A stretch of 64,000 bases of DNA, from the IMG/VR virus record IMGVR_UViG_3300044833_000092, positions 3,541 through 67,540 of that record. One strand, written 5' to 3'. The notes beneath the pieces were generated by a model. It was given only the letters and a program-made list of their open reading frames with translations. It was not told where the DNA came from and searched no databases. Both the position numbers and the translations under genes were made by a program. Numbering within the stretch: position 1 is the first letter of the stretch; the number at the start of each line of letters is the position of its first letter. This stretch comes from a virus. Of the stretch, positions 38,296 through 47,680 are shown in pieces.

Positions 38296-38330
38296 GCCTG
38301 CATTCTCCCATAAGTGTGAGGGTAAAGCCA

Positions 38331-38663
38331 CTACGCCAACGGCACGCAGTATTTGCCTTCCAGATCGTTACTGGCCCCGCTGGGCAGCATGAGCCTGACA
38401 GTGCAGCCGCGCGGATCGCCGCCCAGGATTACGCCGATATTCTCGGGGCCGCACAGGGCGAGCAGACGATTTGCGGCGGAGAGCTTTCTCTGCTTTTCCT
38501 GTTCGCTCAGCGGCCGATTGCAAGTCTCGTCGGTGTAGAGCCGATGGTAAGCCTTGCTGTGGGCCATAATCTTGACGGCCAGCGTGCGAATCGAATAGGG
38601 CGCGAGCGCCTTGCACTCGCGCCCCAGGGCGATCATAAACAGGTCGCGTTCCTTGATAGGCAT
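38331..38663 (-). CDS. Hypothetical protein
   Basis: GDPRGCTVRL motif; GAGG SD. Confidence 0.6.
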   Translation of the reverse strand: MPIKERDLFMIALGRECKALAPYSIRTLAVKIMAHSKAYHRLYTDETCNRPLSEQEKQRKLSAANRLLALCGPENIGVILGGDPRGCTVRLMLPSGASNDLEGKYCVPLA

Positions 38664-38682
38664 TGTGCCCTCGGGTTGGGTG

Positions 38683-39198
38683 TTAGACTTCGCAGACCAG
38701 TTCGCGCCGCCGATCGACGCGGGTGACGACCTTGCACTTCATGTCCTTGGTCACTTTCGTTTCGTAGCTGACCGTGACATTGGGGAACTTGGTGGGCGTC
38801 AGATCGACTTGAGCCAGGACGCGCTCCTTGCCGTTGACTTCGCGGACCACGACCGACTTGCTGCTCACCGGCATTGGCCCCAGCACCTTGGCCAGGGCCG
38901 TCAGCTTATCCTTCGTGGCTGTGAGATAGATGCTCTCGCTGTAGCTGCCCATGCGCGGCTCGAAGCCGGCCTCCTCCAGGTCGAAGAACACGGCATACGC
39001 TTCCCGCACCCAGCCGGGCAGCTTGCCGATATCCTCGCGGAGGCTCTGGATGCGAGCGTAACAACCCTTGATGGAATCCTCGAAGTAGGCCGTACGCTCT
39101 GCGATGCGCTCGGCGATCTTCTCTTCGCGCTCGTCCTGCTTGGCCTTGTCCACGTCGGCGAGCAGGGCGTCCACGGTACGGTCGAATTTGTCTGGCAT
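38683..39198 (-). CDS. Hypothetical protein
   Basis: GGAGTTATTCGCATG start context. Confidence 0.65.
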   Translation of the reverse strand: MPDKFDRTVDALLADVDKAKQDEREEKIAERIAERTAYFEDSIKGCYARIQSLREDIGKLPGWVREAYAVFFDLEEAGFEPRMGSYSESIYLTATKDKLTALAKVLGPMPVSSKSVVVREVNGKERVLAQVDLTPTKFPNVTVSYETKVTKDMKCKVVTRVDRRRELVCEV

Positions 39199-39283
39199 GC
39201 GAATAACTCCAGTTGAAGGGAAGGGAAAGAGGGGTGGTGGAAATCCACCACCCCAGGGAATGCTATTGCGACGCCGCAATAGC

Positions 39284-39541
39284 TCAGGCTCCGTCTCGCT
39301 TGTTGTCGCCGACAATGACCCGGAACTGCTTCATCAAGGTCCAGCGGCCATAGAGAGCATTGCCGTACTTGAGCGCCTCGTCGGCGGTCTTAAACGTCAT
39401 GCCGTTGCCGCAGAATTTTCCAGAGTTGTCCGCAAGTACCTCGACCTTGAGTACCTTGGACGGGTCGGCTTTGACAGTCGCTTCCAGCCCGGCGACCTCC
39501 TCGTGCGTCTGATGACAGATATCGCTGATTGCTTGTGCCAT
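39284..39541 (-). CDS. Hypothetical protein
   Basis: GGAGTCTTACGCATG start context. Confidence 0.6.
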   Translation of the reverse strand: MAQAISDICHQTHEEVAGLEATVKADPSKVLKVEVLADNSGKFCGNGMTFKTADEALKYGNALYGRWTLMKQFRVIVGDNKRDGA

Positions 39542-39619
39542 GCGTAAGACTCCAGTGGGATTGCGGCGCACCCATAGCTCGAAGTGAGCTATGGGTGCGC
39601 CGCAATAGGAAAGGGAAAC

Positions 39620-39979
39620 TCAAAGCTGGTCGAGAATGTCGCCGTCGCCGTCGTAGTCCAGGGCCGAGACGGCCCGCTGGGCACGCCGCTCGGGCTCGGA
39701 ACGGCGCGGGCCGCCGCTGACCAAGACAGAAGTGGGATCGTTGCTGACGGGCGGGATGACCAGCGGCTTGATGGTCAGGGCCATCTGCTTGGTGAGCCGC
39801 TGGTAGCGGATCATCAGGATGGTGCCGACCGGCACCCCCGATGCCTTGTTGAATACGCGGCCGTCGTTCGGGCCGCTCATCATGCGGAAGTCCTTGCCGG
39901 CGTTCCAGTCGGCCTCAACGGCCGCCTTGGACTTGTAATCGCGGCCGTAGGCCGGGACCACGCTGATTGTCTCTGGCAT
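39620..39979 (-). CDS. Hypothetical protein
   Basis: PAYGRDYKSKAAVEADWNAGKDF motif; motif B at start. Confidence 0.65.
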   Translation of the reverse strand: MPETISVVPAYGRDYKSKAAVEADWNAGKDFRMMSGPNDGRVFNKASGVPVGTILMIRYQRLTKQMALTIKPLVIPPVSNDPTSVLVSGGPRRSEPERRAQRAVSALDYDGDGDILDQL

Positions 39980-40083
39980 TCGTAAACCCCCTATTGGTGC
40001 GCCGCAATAGCCGGCAGCGAAGTGCCCCGGTCAGACCGCAGCGTCACAGTATCCATTGTCCCATAAGCAGAGGAGCAAATCCA

Positions 40084-40455
40084 CTACTCGGAACCCCGCT
40101 CGCCGATCAGGCGAAACGGCACTTCCTTCTGGAACAGCGCCCACTTCTCATCGCCCATGCCGCAAGCCATGACCACTCCGGTCGGGTTGGCCTTGATAGC
40201 CGCGGCCAGACAGGCGGCGCGGTCCAGGTACACGGCGACGCGCCCCTGCTCGTCCTGCAAGAGAAAGTCGAAAGTCGTGGCATCCATCGCAAAGAAGTGA
40301 TGGACCTTGCCGGCCTTGCCATCCTCGGTCACGCCTACGACGCCCGAGTACCAGCGGCCATCGCTCCTGCCCCGCTTAGGACGGTGCGGCTTGCGCTTGT
40401 GCTTACGCGGGCGCTTTCCATTTAATGAATCGCGCCCTTTCCAGTTCTTACTCAT
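40084..40455 (-). CDS. Hypothetical protein
   Basis: GAGG SD. Confidence 0.6.
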   Translation of the reverse strand: MSKNWKGRDSLNGKRPRKHKRKPHRPKRGRSDGRWYSGVVGVTEDGKAGKVHHFFAMDATTFDFLLQDEQGRVAVYLDRAACLAAAIKANPTGVVMACGMGDEKWALFQKEVPFRLIGERGSE

Positions 40456-40462
40456 CGGTTCC

Positions 40463-40786
40463 TCACTGGTAGTTGAAGTCGCAGGCCCCGTTACTGTTCA
40501 ACAGGATAGCCAGACCGCCCCACGAAAACTCTTCGGTGATCCGGAACTTATGGTGGCAAGGCGTTAGCTGACCCTCACGCGGGCAGAACGGACACGGCAC
40601 GTCGATCGTCACCTGGGGATACTCCAGGGCTCGGCCGCTGATGCGGCCCTCGAATGTACGGCACCCGCACTTCACGTCGATGGTCGGCAGGCTTTCCCGC
40701 ACCTTATCCGCGGTCCAAGGCCCCGCGGCCGGCTTGGTCAAGTCCGGTGTCGTAAGATGATCCACCGGCGTTTGTATCTTCCCCAT
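40463..40786 (-). CDS. Hypothetical Cys-containing protein
   Basis: AGGAGG SD fused to motif B. Confidence 0.6.
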   Translation of the reverse strand: MGKIQTPVDHLTTPDLTKPAAGPWTADKVRESLPTIDVKCGCRTFEGRISGRALEYPQVTIDVPCPFCPREGQLTPCHHKFRITEEFSWGGLAILLNSNGACDFNYQ

Positions 40787-40798
40787 GCGAAAACCCTC

Positions 40799-41017
40799 CT
40801 ATTGCGGCGCACCAATAGGACGCGCCTTTCGACTCCCCATTCTGAGCGGCCGCGGCAAGCCGATATGCAGCCTGCCAGCGTCGCCCCCATCAGCCGAGCC
40901 GCTCCCGGCCACAGCGGCCAGATAAACGCAAGGCTCGGAATGATAGTAGAACCTGACTTCGGCATCGGCCCCCAAATGGGCGGCCACGTCCAATATGTCT
41001 CGGACTCTCATCGGCAT
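40799..41017 (-). CDS. Small hypothetical protein
   Basis: GGGAG SD; stop codon lies within motif B. Confidence 0.4.
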   Translation of the reverse strand: MPMRVRDILDVAAHLGADAEVRFYYHSEPCVYLAAVAGSGSADGGDAGRLHIGLPRPLRMGSRKARPIGAPQ

Positions 41018-41403
41018 TCTCTCCCGCGGGGAACGGCCGCAAGAATCAGGTGGTGGAAATCCGACACCCTATTGCGGCGCATCAATAGCCTAATGCGGCG
41101 CGGCAATAGAAAGCGACGTTGGTTGCACGGCGGGCTCGGATCAGTCCAGCCCGCCTTTAGCTTGACGGCTGGTCGCTGGACTGCCGTACACTATGCCGGC
41201 AATTGCGCCAGGATCGATTCTGGCGGCCCTTGTCCGCAAGGCAGGGTAAAGCCTAGCCAAGGGCGGAATCGCCCCGCATACGTCAAGCTGGGCGAACGGC
41301 CGGCCGGCCCTGTCAACGGTACGGATACACTCCCATTGTCCCATAAAGGGCGGACTATTGCCACTAAGCAAGGGCCGGACCGAAAGGACAGGGGAGCGGA
41401 ACG

Positions 41404-41445
41404 AAAAGGGCCGGCCCTGTCCTTTGCAGAGGACAGGGGCGGCCG
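41404..41445 (-). terminator. Probable intrinsic terminator after 41466-42584
   Basis: CCCTGTCCT/AGGACAGGG stem with a short U-run on the minus strand. Confidence 0.45.
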
Positions 41446-41465
41446 GCGGATGACAGTAAGGCCGC

Positions 41466-42584
41466 TTACGCTGCGACGGCTTCCACGGTCGGGACCGTGG
41501 CGGCCGCGGCCGTTTCCTTGGCGGCCCGCTTTTCAGCCCGCGCCGCCTTTGCGGCGAGTCCGGCGGTCTTGATTCCTTCTACGGCATCATTGGCCGCGGA
41601 GCGGATGGCCCGGAGTCCTTCCAAGCGCGCTTTCGTTTCGATGGTAGTCGCCGCACCGAAAGCGGCGATAGACGACAGAATGTCCGCGAGTCCGAAGTCT
41701 CCTTGCTGAACGGCCACGGCCACGGCCGCGGCCCTGTTGACTTCGGCCGTCTTGCCGGACTCCGTGGCCACGACCGGGGAAGCCGCGGCCGCGAGAGCGC
41801 GGCCGATGCGCTTGGCGGAATCCGACACTTCCACCGGAACGACAGGGGCGGAGACTTCCTTTTCGCCCTTCGCCTTGCCGCGGCCCTTGGCGGTCTGGGC
41901 GAATGCTTTCTTAGCCTTGAGAAATTCCGAAAGCGTCATCGCCTTGCACGTCCCTGCCCCGGCGACAGCGGACTCCAGTAACTTGACGGACTCTTCCTTC
42001 CACTCCGGAACGAAAGAATACGCATAGGTCACGACCGGGCCGGCCGTCCCGTCAGCCTGATATTCAAGGGCCGGCGCGCTGTCATCCCGCGCCAGGAGGG
42101 GAAGGGCGGAATCGACAATTGACCGGCCCAACCGCACCATCTTTTCCGCGGACCAGACCCGCGACAGGGCCGCGTAGCCAAGGTAGCGCGAGATATTGAT
42201 ATCCCGCCCGTTGGGAACCATTCCGCCCAGCGTTTCCTTCAAGGCCTTGACGCAAGCCGTGAAGCGATTAGCCTTGCTGCCAGTCTCATGGAGCAGGCCG
42301 GCATTGAAGTAGGTCCACGCGGCATTGCCGACCGCGAGCGCGTCCGTCATCGCACCAAGGGACTCCTCGCCCAGCGCGTCCGCCACGTCCGCGGCGAGCT
42401 TGACTTGCGACAGGGCAAATACCCTGTCCGCTTCCTCTTGCGCGAGCCGGTGCGCCTCTGCGGCTTGGATGGCGGCGACTTTCTCTTCGGCCGTCAATTC
42501 GACTTTCGCCGGAATCTCAGCGGTCGTGGCCGTGACGACAGGGGCCGCGGTCGGGACCGCGGCAGTTTTCTTGTTCTTAGACAT
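41466..42584 (-). CDS. Ala/Lys-rich early protein
   Basis: GAGG SD before MSKNKK; own sigma70-like promoter. Confidence 0.7.
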   Translation of the reverse strand: MSKNKKTAAVPTAAPVVTATTAEIPAKVELTAEEKVAAIQAAEAHRLAQEEADRVFALSQVKLAADVADALGEESLGAMTDALAVGNAAWTYFNAGLLHETGSKANRFTACVKALKETLGGMVPNGRDINISRYLGYAALSRVWSAEKMVRLGRSIVDSALPLLARDDSAPALEYQADGTAGPVVTYAYSFVPEWKEESVKLLESAVAGAGTCKAMTLSEFLKAKKAFAQTAKGRGKAKGEKEVSAPVVPVEVSDSAKRIGRALAAAASPVVATESGKTAEVNRAAAVAVAVQQGDFGLADILSSIAAFGAATTIETKARLEGLRAIRSAANDAVEGIKTAGLAAKAARAEKRAAKETAAAATVPTVEAVAA

Positions 42585-42710
42585 TCGACATTCCTCTAGC
42601 GTCATCGGCTGACGCTGGCCGTTCCGAACCGGAGATAGCGAATTGCTTCCCCGTACCCTACAGAGTCGCAACGGCGGTTCCACCCGCCATTCTTTCCGCA
42701 AAGAATACAA

Positions 42711-42739
42711 ATGGTAATAAACTGCGGCGATTAAAGCAA
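42711..42739 (-). promoter_or_regulatory. Sigma70-like promoter TTGCTT-17-TACCAT
   Basis: Exact 17-nt spacer in an AT-rich patch upstream of 42584. Confidence 0.55.
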
Positions 42740-43007
42740 TAGGTGATTGCTTGCGCCAGGATGCCGTAGGACAGGGCCGGCCGGTCAAGGCAACCGATTG
42801 GCCATTGAAGGGCCGGAAAGTCGCAGGGCGGCCCAGCTGGGCGAACGGCCGGCCCTGTCCTACGGCAGGGGCAGGGCCGGACCGCGAGCGGTCCTATTGT
42901 GGCGTCGCAATAGGATTTAATGCCGCATAGAAATGCCAGTATAAATGAAATGGGCCGGCCCTGTTGACAGGGCCGGCCTTGCGTTTGCGTCCGGACCGCG
43001 AGCGGTC

Positions 43008-43370
43008 TTAACCTACGGCAATAGCCGAAAGCAACTCGGCACCGGCAAGGCGGGCCGCGGCGCGGGCGGCCCTTGCAGTTTGCTTTGCGTCCGCGGCGAA
43101 CTGCTCCAGTATCGCGGCTTCCCGGTGCAGCCGTTGACATTCTTCAAGCTGGGCGAGCTGGCCGTTGTACGGATACGGCAGGGCCTTACCCTTGCCAAGC
43201 GGCCGGCCCGGATAGGGCGGCGCGGCGGTCGGGATAGGCGGGCCGGCCGGCAGGAGCAGGGCCGGCAGCGGCCGCGGATTACAATGGCAGCCGTCGCCCA
43301 GCTGGCAATCACAATCGATACAAGTATCGGAAAGGATGACTCCGGGCCGGGAACCGTTTGCACTGGTCAT
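43008..43370 (-). CDS. Cys/Pro-rich hypothetical protein, first gene of the leftward arm
   Basis: GGAGGTTATTCGCATG start context; CIDCDCQLGDGCHC. Confidence 0.55.
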   Translation of the reverse strand: MTSANGSRPGVILSDTCIDCDCQLGDGCHCNPRPLPALLLPAGPPIPTAAPPYPGRPLGKGKALPYPYNGQLAQLEECQRLHREAAILEQFAADAKQTARAARAAARLAGAELLSAIAVG

Positions 43371-43558
43371 GCGAATAACCTCCAATGGGACAAGGGAACC
43401 GCGGCCGGTCGAATTGACCGGGCCGCACTAGAGAGTAGGTCACGAACGGCCGGCCCGCCAGAAAAAATGCGGAAACGGGCAAACGGGTTGAAATGGGAAC
43501 GGGTGACAGGGCCGCAAGCTGGGCCGGCCCTGTCCGCTCGCGGACAAGGCCGCGGGCC

Positions 43559-43617
43559 GGCCGGCAGGGCCGGCAGGGCCGGCAGGGCCGGCAAGGCCGG
43601 CAGGGCCGGCAAGGCCG
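43559..43617. repeat. 9-bp tandem repeat GGCCGGCA(G/A), about 6.5 copies
   Basis: Directly visible. Confidence 0.9.
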
Positions 43618-44151
43618 CAGAAAGGGCCGCCCCGCGGCCGTGTCGCCCTGCGACCAGACCGGAGGATGCTATGCGGCTTAGTCGGGAAACGTAGTCGATT
43701 TCACCCATATCAAGATCGAGTGGAGCGGACTGTAGATTCGCTGCTTAACGCGCGTGGCCAGGCGGGCAGGCGCGTGGCCACCCGTAGGCCCCCATCGCCT
43801 CCTCCCAGGTGTCACTACTCCTCGCCGAGATTTTTCCTTATGTCCCTTCGGTCCCTCGGGGCTACGGCGTAGCGTTTCTTCACGTCCGCGGCGTGTGGTT
43901 CCGTCAGGTGGTGGAAATCCACCACCTGCCCTCTTTGTTCGCCAGCGAACATTTCCCTTTCTCTCGCTTCGCTCGGCGTCCCGCTCACCGCTTCGCGTTC
44001 CTCATGTCCTGTCGTCCGGTGGACGATGCTCACGGCTTCCGTCAACGCTCCACTCCATGACTCAGACCGCGTAGCCAGTTTGCCGCATTTTTGGGTACTT
44101 ACACCCACAAGCACTTTGCTCATTTGCCCTCTCACCATCAGGAGGTCACTC

Positions 44152-45648
44152 ATGTTTTCGTCCTTCGGCTTCGCGTCCTCAGCGTTGCCCGTACTGGCGG
44201 TGGCTCTCGCTCTCTTCTACCTGCTCGGCAACCTGGACCTGTCGTCAGCCATTGCGTCGGCTGGCGATGCCGTTGTGGAGACGGGCGACTTCCGCTCCGG
44301 TACGGAACGTGTCCTTCCCGCTGGCGGTGGCGGGCCGACTCCTGCCGCGGCTCCCGCTCCTGCTGGAGGCGGGGCACAAGGCAGGGCACCAGCACCCGGA
44401 CAACCCGGCAGCACAGGCAGGACGCCGGCGGGAGGCCCGCAAGGTGGACAGCTGGCCCCGGCGATGGGCCAGCCTGGACCCGCGGCCGCGGGCCAGCCGC
44501 GTCCGGCCGGTCAGCCGCCCGCCCCTGGGCAACTGCCGGGCCAGGGCCAGCCGCAGCCCCAGCCGGCAGGTGGTGGAAATCCACCACCCCAGCCGGGAGG
44601 CCAGCAGGGTCAATGGGCTCTGCGTAACGAGCTTCAGCGGCTTGGCTGGGACGTGAGCGGCTTTACGGACGATGCTTCGGCGTGGCAGGCGTTGTCGGGC
44701 CGGCTGGCCCAGCAGCAGCAGGTCAACCAGCAGATGGCGGAGTACGCCCGCTGGGGGCAGTATTACGTCGCCAACCAGCGGCAGATTCAGGAAGCCCTTG
44801 CCAGGGGCCAGGGCCAGCCCACTCCTGTTCCGACGCCGGGTTCTCCGGGTTCGGTTGGCGGGGCGGCTCAGCAGGAAGATTGGTGGAAGGCCCCCGCCTG
44901 GAATCCCGAGAATGAAAAGTACATCAGCTTCGATCCGGCTACCGGGGCTCCGGTCGTGCCGATCGGCATGGACCCGTCGATCGCCAAGCAGTACCTGGAC
45001 TACAAGACGTGGCAGCGCGAGACGGTGGAGAAATTCTTCCGCGATCCGATCGGCACGCTCAAGCCAGGGCTGGAGCAACTGATCCGGTCCGAGGCTCAGA
45101 AGATCGCTGGCCAGCAGGTGGCCGGCTACGGCGATCAGCAGTTCGCTCAGAACTACGTCGCTTCGCAGCCCTGGATGTTCGCCAAGGATCAGGCGGGCAA
45201 CGTCCAGACCGATTACCTGGGCCAGCCGCTCCTGACGCCGGCGGGCAGCAAGTTCAAGCATTACCTCGAATATGCTCAGCGCTCCGGCATTCAGGACATT
45301 CGGGCTCAGCAACAGTGGGCCTACGGCATGGTTGAGCGCGATGCCCTTGCGTGGCAGCTTCAGCAGTATCAGGCCGGTCAGCAACCGGGAGGCCAGCCGG
45401 GTGGGCCGGCCCCGGCCGCTGGTCAGCCGGGCGCTCAGTTGACGCCGCAGCAGATTCAGCAGCAGCAACAGCAAGCGGCCCTGAACCTGGGCGGAGCAAG
45501 GCATATCCCCGGCAGCGGAGCCCAGGGCAACAACCCGGCCCCGACGCCGGGCAACGGCGGCGTGCCTCGAAAGCCGATCGGTCGCAATGCCCTGGTCAAC
45601 CGCCTTCAGGGTGCCCTTCAGGAAAAGGGCATCACGCAACTGAATTAG
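44152..45648 (+). CDS. Capsid scaffolding protein with hydrophobic N-terminal leader
   Basis: AGGAGG SD; P/G/Q-rich linkers, helical core, directly upstream of the capsid gene. Confidence 0.7.
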   Translation: MFSSFGFASSALPVLAVALALFYLLGNLDLSSAIASAGDAVVETGDFRSGTERVLPAGGGGPTPAAAPAPAGGGAQGRAPAPGQPGSTGRTPAGGPQGGQLAPAMGQPGPAAAGQPRPAGQPPAPGQLPGQGQPQPQPAGGGNPPPQPGGQQGQWALRNELQRLGWDVSGFTDDASAWQALSGRLAQQQQVNQQMAEYARWGQYYVANQRQIQEALARGQGQPTPVPTPGSPGSVGGAAQQEDWWKAPAWNPENEKYISFDPATGAPVVPIGMDPSIAKQYLDYKTWQRETVEKFFRDPIGTLKPGLEQLIRSEAQKIAGQQVAGYGDQQFAQNYVASQPWMFAKDQAGNVQTDYLGQPLLTPAGSKFKHYLEYAQRSGIQDIRAQQQWAYGMVERDALAWQLQQYQAGQQPGGQPGGPAPAAGQPGAQLTPQQIQQQQQQAALNLGGARHIPGSGAQGNNPAPTPGNGGVPRKPIGRNALVNRLQGALQEKGITQLN

Positions 45649-45684
45649 TTTCCTTACTCATCGCCCTGTCCACAGGAGGTTCTG

Positions 45685-46860
45685 ATGACCGGCTTTATGA
45701 TCGCTTTCCTGGTCCTCGCTTTGGGGCTCATCCTCTGGAGTCGAGCGGCCCCTTGGGTGGAAATTGTCGAGACGACCATTGACGATTACATCCGCGACGT
45801 GGAAGACGCCATCATGCGCGATTACAAGCTGCTGGCGCTCATCCAAAGTCGCGGCAACGTCCAGTTCAACAAGTCCGGCCTCAAGATGAATTGGAAGGTC
45901 AAGTATCGGCGCGCCATTCCGAAGGGCTACGCCGACATGGACGTGCAGACGTTCCCACGTCGCGTGCGCCACAAGACGGCCGTTCTCGGCTGGCGGGCCT
46001 ATGCCCTGGCCGAAGCCGTCAGCAAGCTGGACCGCTTGATGAACCGCGGGGCGGCGGCCATCGTCAACATCATCGCCGACAAGGTGCAGACGATGGTGGA
46101 CGATATGCAGACGTTCTTCAACGAGCAGGTGTACGTTGACGGCGAATTGGCCGGCAACGAGAAGGGCATCCACGGCCTGGAATCCATGTTCGGCTTCTCG
46201 GGCATTTCGCTCAACCAGCCGATCGCCTTGCCCTCGGACGTGTACGCGGGCATCAACACCGATCTTGGCTTCTACAACGGCCAGTGGGATTTGGCTCCGT
46301 CAGGCCCCGGTGCCGGCTTGCATGTCTGGCCCTCGGGCAAGGGCACGGTCGATTTCGACTTCTACAGCCCGCTCTTGGTGGATTACACCAACCCCTTCTG
46401 GAACGAGACGCCCAACATCTGGGCCAACACCTGCACGGAGGCGGTTCGCTACGGCCTCATCAACGGCCGTAAGAACAAGAGCAAGTCCGGCATGATCGAC
46501 GCCGTGTTCCTCGAACGCGAGTTGTACCGCCAGTGGGTCGAGAAGACCGCGGCCAAGGAGCGGCTGGTTATCAACCAGGGCGGCGGCGGCGATGGCCGCA
46601 CGCTCACCAGCCTGGGCTACGGCGACACCTTCAATTTCGAGGGTGCCGAGATTACCTACGAGTTCGGTACGCCGCCGCTAACCGGCTACGGCGTCAACGT
46701 CGATCAGATCGAGCTTGACTCCATGCAGGAGCGCCTCTTCCAACCCAATGGCCCCTACGAGCATGAGGTTGACAAGTCGATCCGGTATGACATTGATTTC
46801 TTCGGGAACTTCCGCTTCGATTCGCCGCGCTACTTCGTGAAGTGGTATCCCTACTCCTGA
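45685..46860 (+). CDS. Major capsid protein with hydrophobic N-terminal leader
   Basis: AGGAGG SD; TTIDDYIRDVEDAIMR.YKLLALI, YVDG...GIHGLES, FFGNFRFDSPRYF; 391 aa after scaffold. Confidence 0.8.
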   Translation: MTGFMIAFLVLALGLILWSRAAPWVEIVETTIDDYIRDVEDAIMRDYKLLALIQSRGNVQFNKSGLKMNWKVKYRRAIPKGYADMDVQTFPRRVRHKTAVLGWRAYALAEAVSKLDRLMNRGAAAIVNIIADKVQTMVDDMQTFFNEQVYVDGELAGNEKGIHGLESMFGFSGISLNQPIALPSDVYAGINTDLGFYNGQWDLAPSGPGAGLHVWPSGKGTVDFDFYSPLLVDYTNPFWNETPNIWANTCTEAVRYGLINGRKNKSKSGMIDAVFLERELYRQWVEKTAAKERLVINQGGGGDGRTLTSLGYGDTFNFEGAEITYEFGTPPLTGYGVNVDQIELDSMQERLFQPNGPYEHEVDKSIRYDIDFFGNFRFDSPRYFVKWYPYS

Positions 46861-46866
46861 CCCCTT

Positions 46867-46900
46867 CCCCAGGTGGTGGATTTCCACCACCTGGGGTTTA
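46867..46900 (+). terminator. Motif A hairpin with extended stem after the capsid gene (possible terminator/attenuator)
   Basis: CCCCAGGTGGTGGA-TT-TCCACCACCTGGGG then TTT. Confidence 0.45.
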
Positions 46901-46936
46901 CCCGCGATCTTCACTCGTTTCTTAGGAGATTTCTTC

Positions 46937-47548
46937 ATGTGGGAAGCAGCTTTGCCGTGGGAGCGCGGCTTCACGGCCAACTTCGGTCAGGCCGTCGTGG
47001 ACCCGCTCAGCTTCAAGAATCTGGAGGGGATGGAGTATTTCCTCCGCGACAGTTCCCCGAACTACCCTTCGGAGGAAACCAAGCGGCCGGTCAAGCTCCG
47101 TCTGGTCCGCAACAAGAGCGGCATCAACCTCCTGCCCAATCGTCTTGTGGTAATGAATCCACTGGACAACTTCAATAGCACGCTCGGCTACGCGGCGGCC
47201 GCGGACGGCGAGTGCGCTTACCCGGTGGACGAGTATCTGCCCGCCACCGGCGTCGCCCCCAACGACCTGTTCTACGTCGTCACCGGCGGCCCGGCGCAGG
47301 TTATGCTGCCGGCAGTCTCCCCGGACTCCGTTGTTCCCGGCGACTTGCTGGTCGTCAAGTTCCTGACCAGCAACGTCACTGTCCTCGCCGGCCGGGCCGG
47401 CAAGGCTGTGTTCCCAGATTCGTACGCCAGCGCTGCGGACGGGCTCGCCATCGCGGCGATGGTTCGCAACGCTTTCAAGAGCCTTTCCACAATGGCCGCC
47501 GTGAATGGCCTTGTGAAGGTGCAGGTTCCCTGGACGACCGCCTTCTAG
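46937..47548 (+). CDS. Capsid decoration/cement-like protein
   Basis: Follows capsid; VDEYLPATGVAPNDLFYVVTGGPA. Confidence 0.6.
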   Translation: MWEAALPWERGFTANFGQAVVDPLSFKNLEGMEYFLRDSSPNYPSEETKRPVKLRLVRNKSGINLLPNRLVVMNPLDNFNSTLGYAAAADGECAYPVDEYLPATGVAPNDLFYVVTGGPAQVMLPAVSPDSVVPGDLLVVKFLTSNVTVLAGRAGKAVFPDSYASAADGLAIAAMVRNAFKSLSTMAAVNGLVKVQVPWTTAF

Positions 47549-47680
47549 AACGAAGTCGGTCCTAAGAGAAAGGAGTCCCCGGTTTTCCGTTGAACGGGCG
47601 TTTGGTTTTCTGCGCGACGGGCTGCGAGTGGGTGCCCTGCTCGCAGCCCGTCGTCGCCTAAAGATAAAGAGGAGCCGGTC

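Noticed and set aside
42600-42700. tRNA gene
   Set aside because: Hairpins present but no cloverleaf, T-loop or acceptor stem could be built
43367-43708. ALPALPALP or GRQGRQ repeat proteins
   Set aside because: Translations of the 9-bp tandem repeat; no SD support
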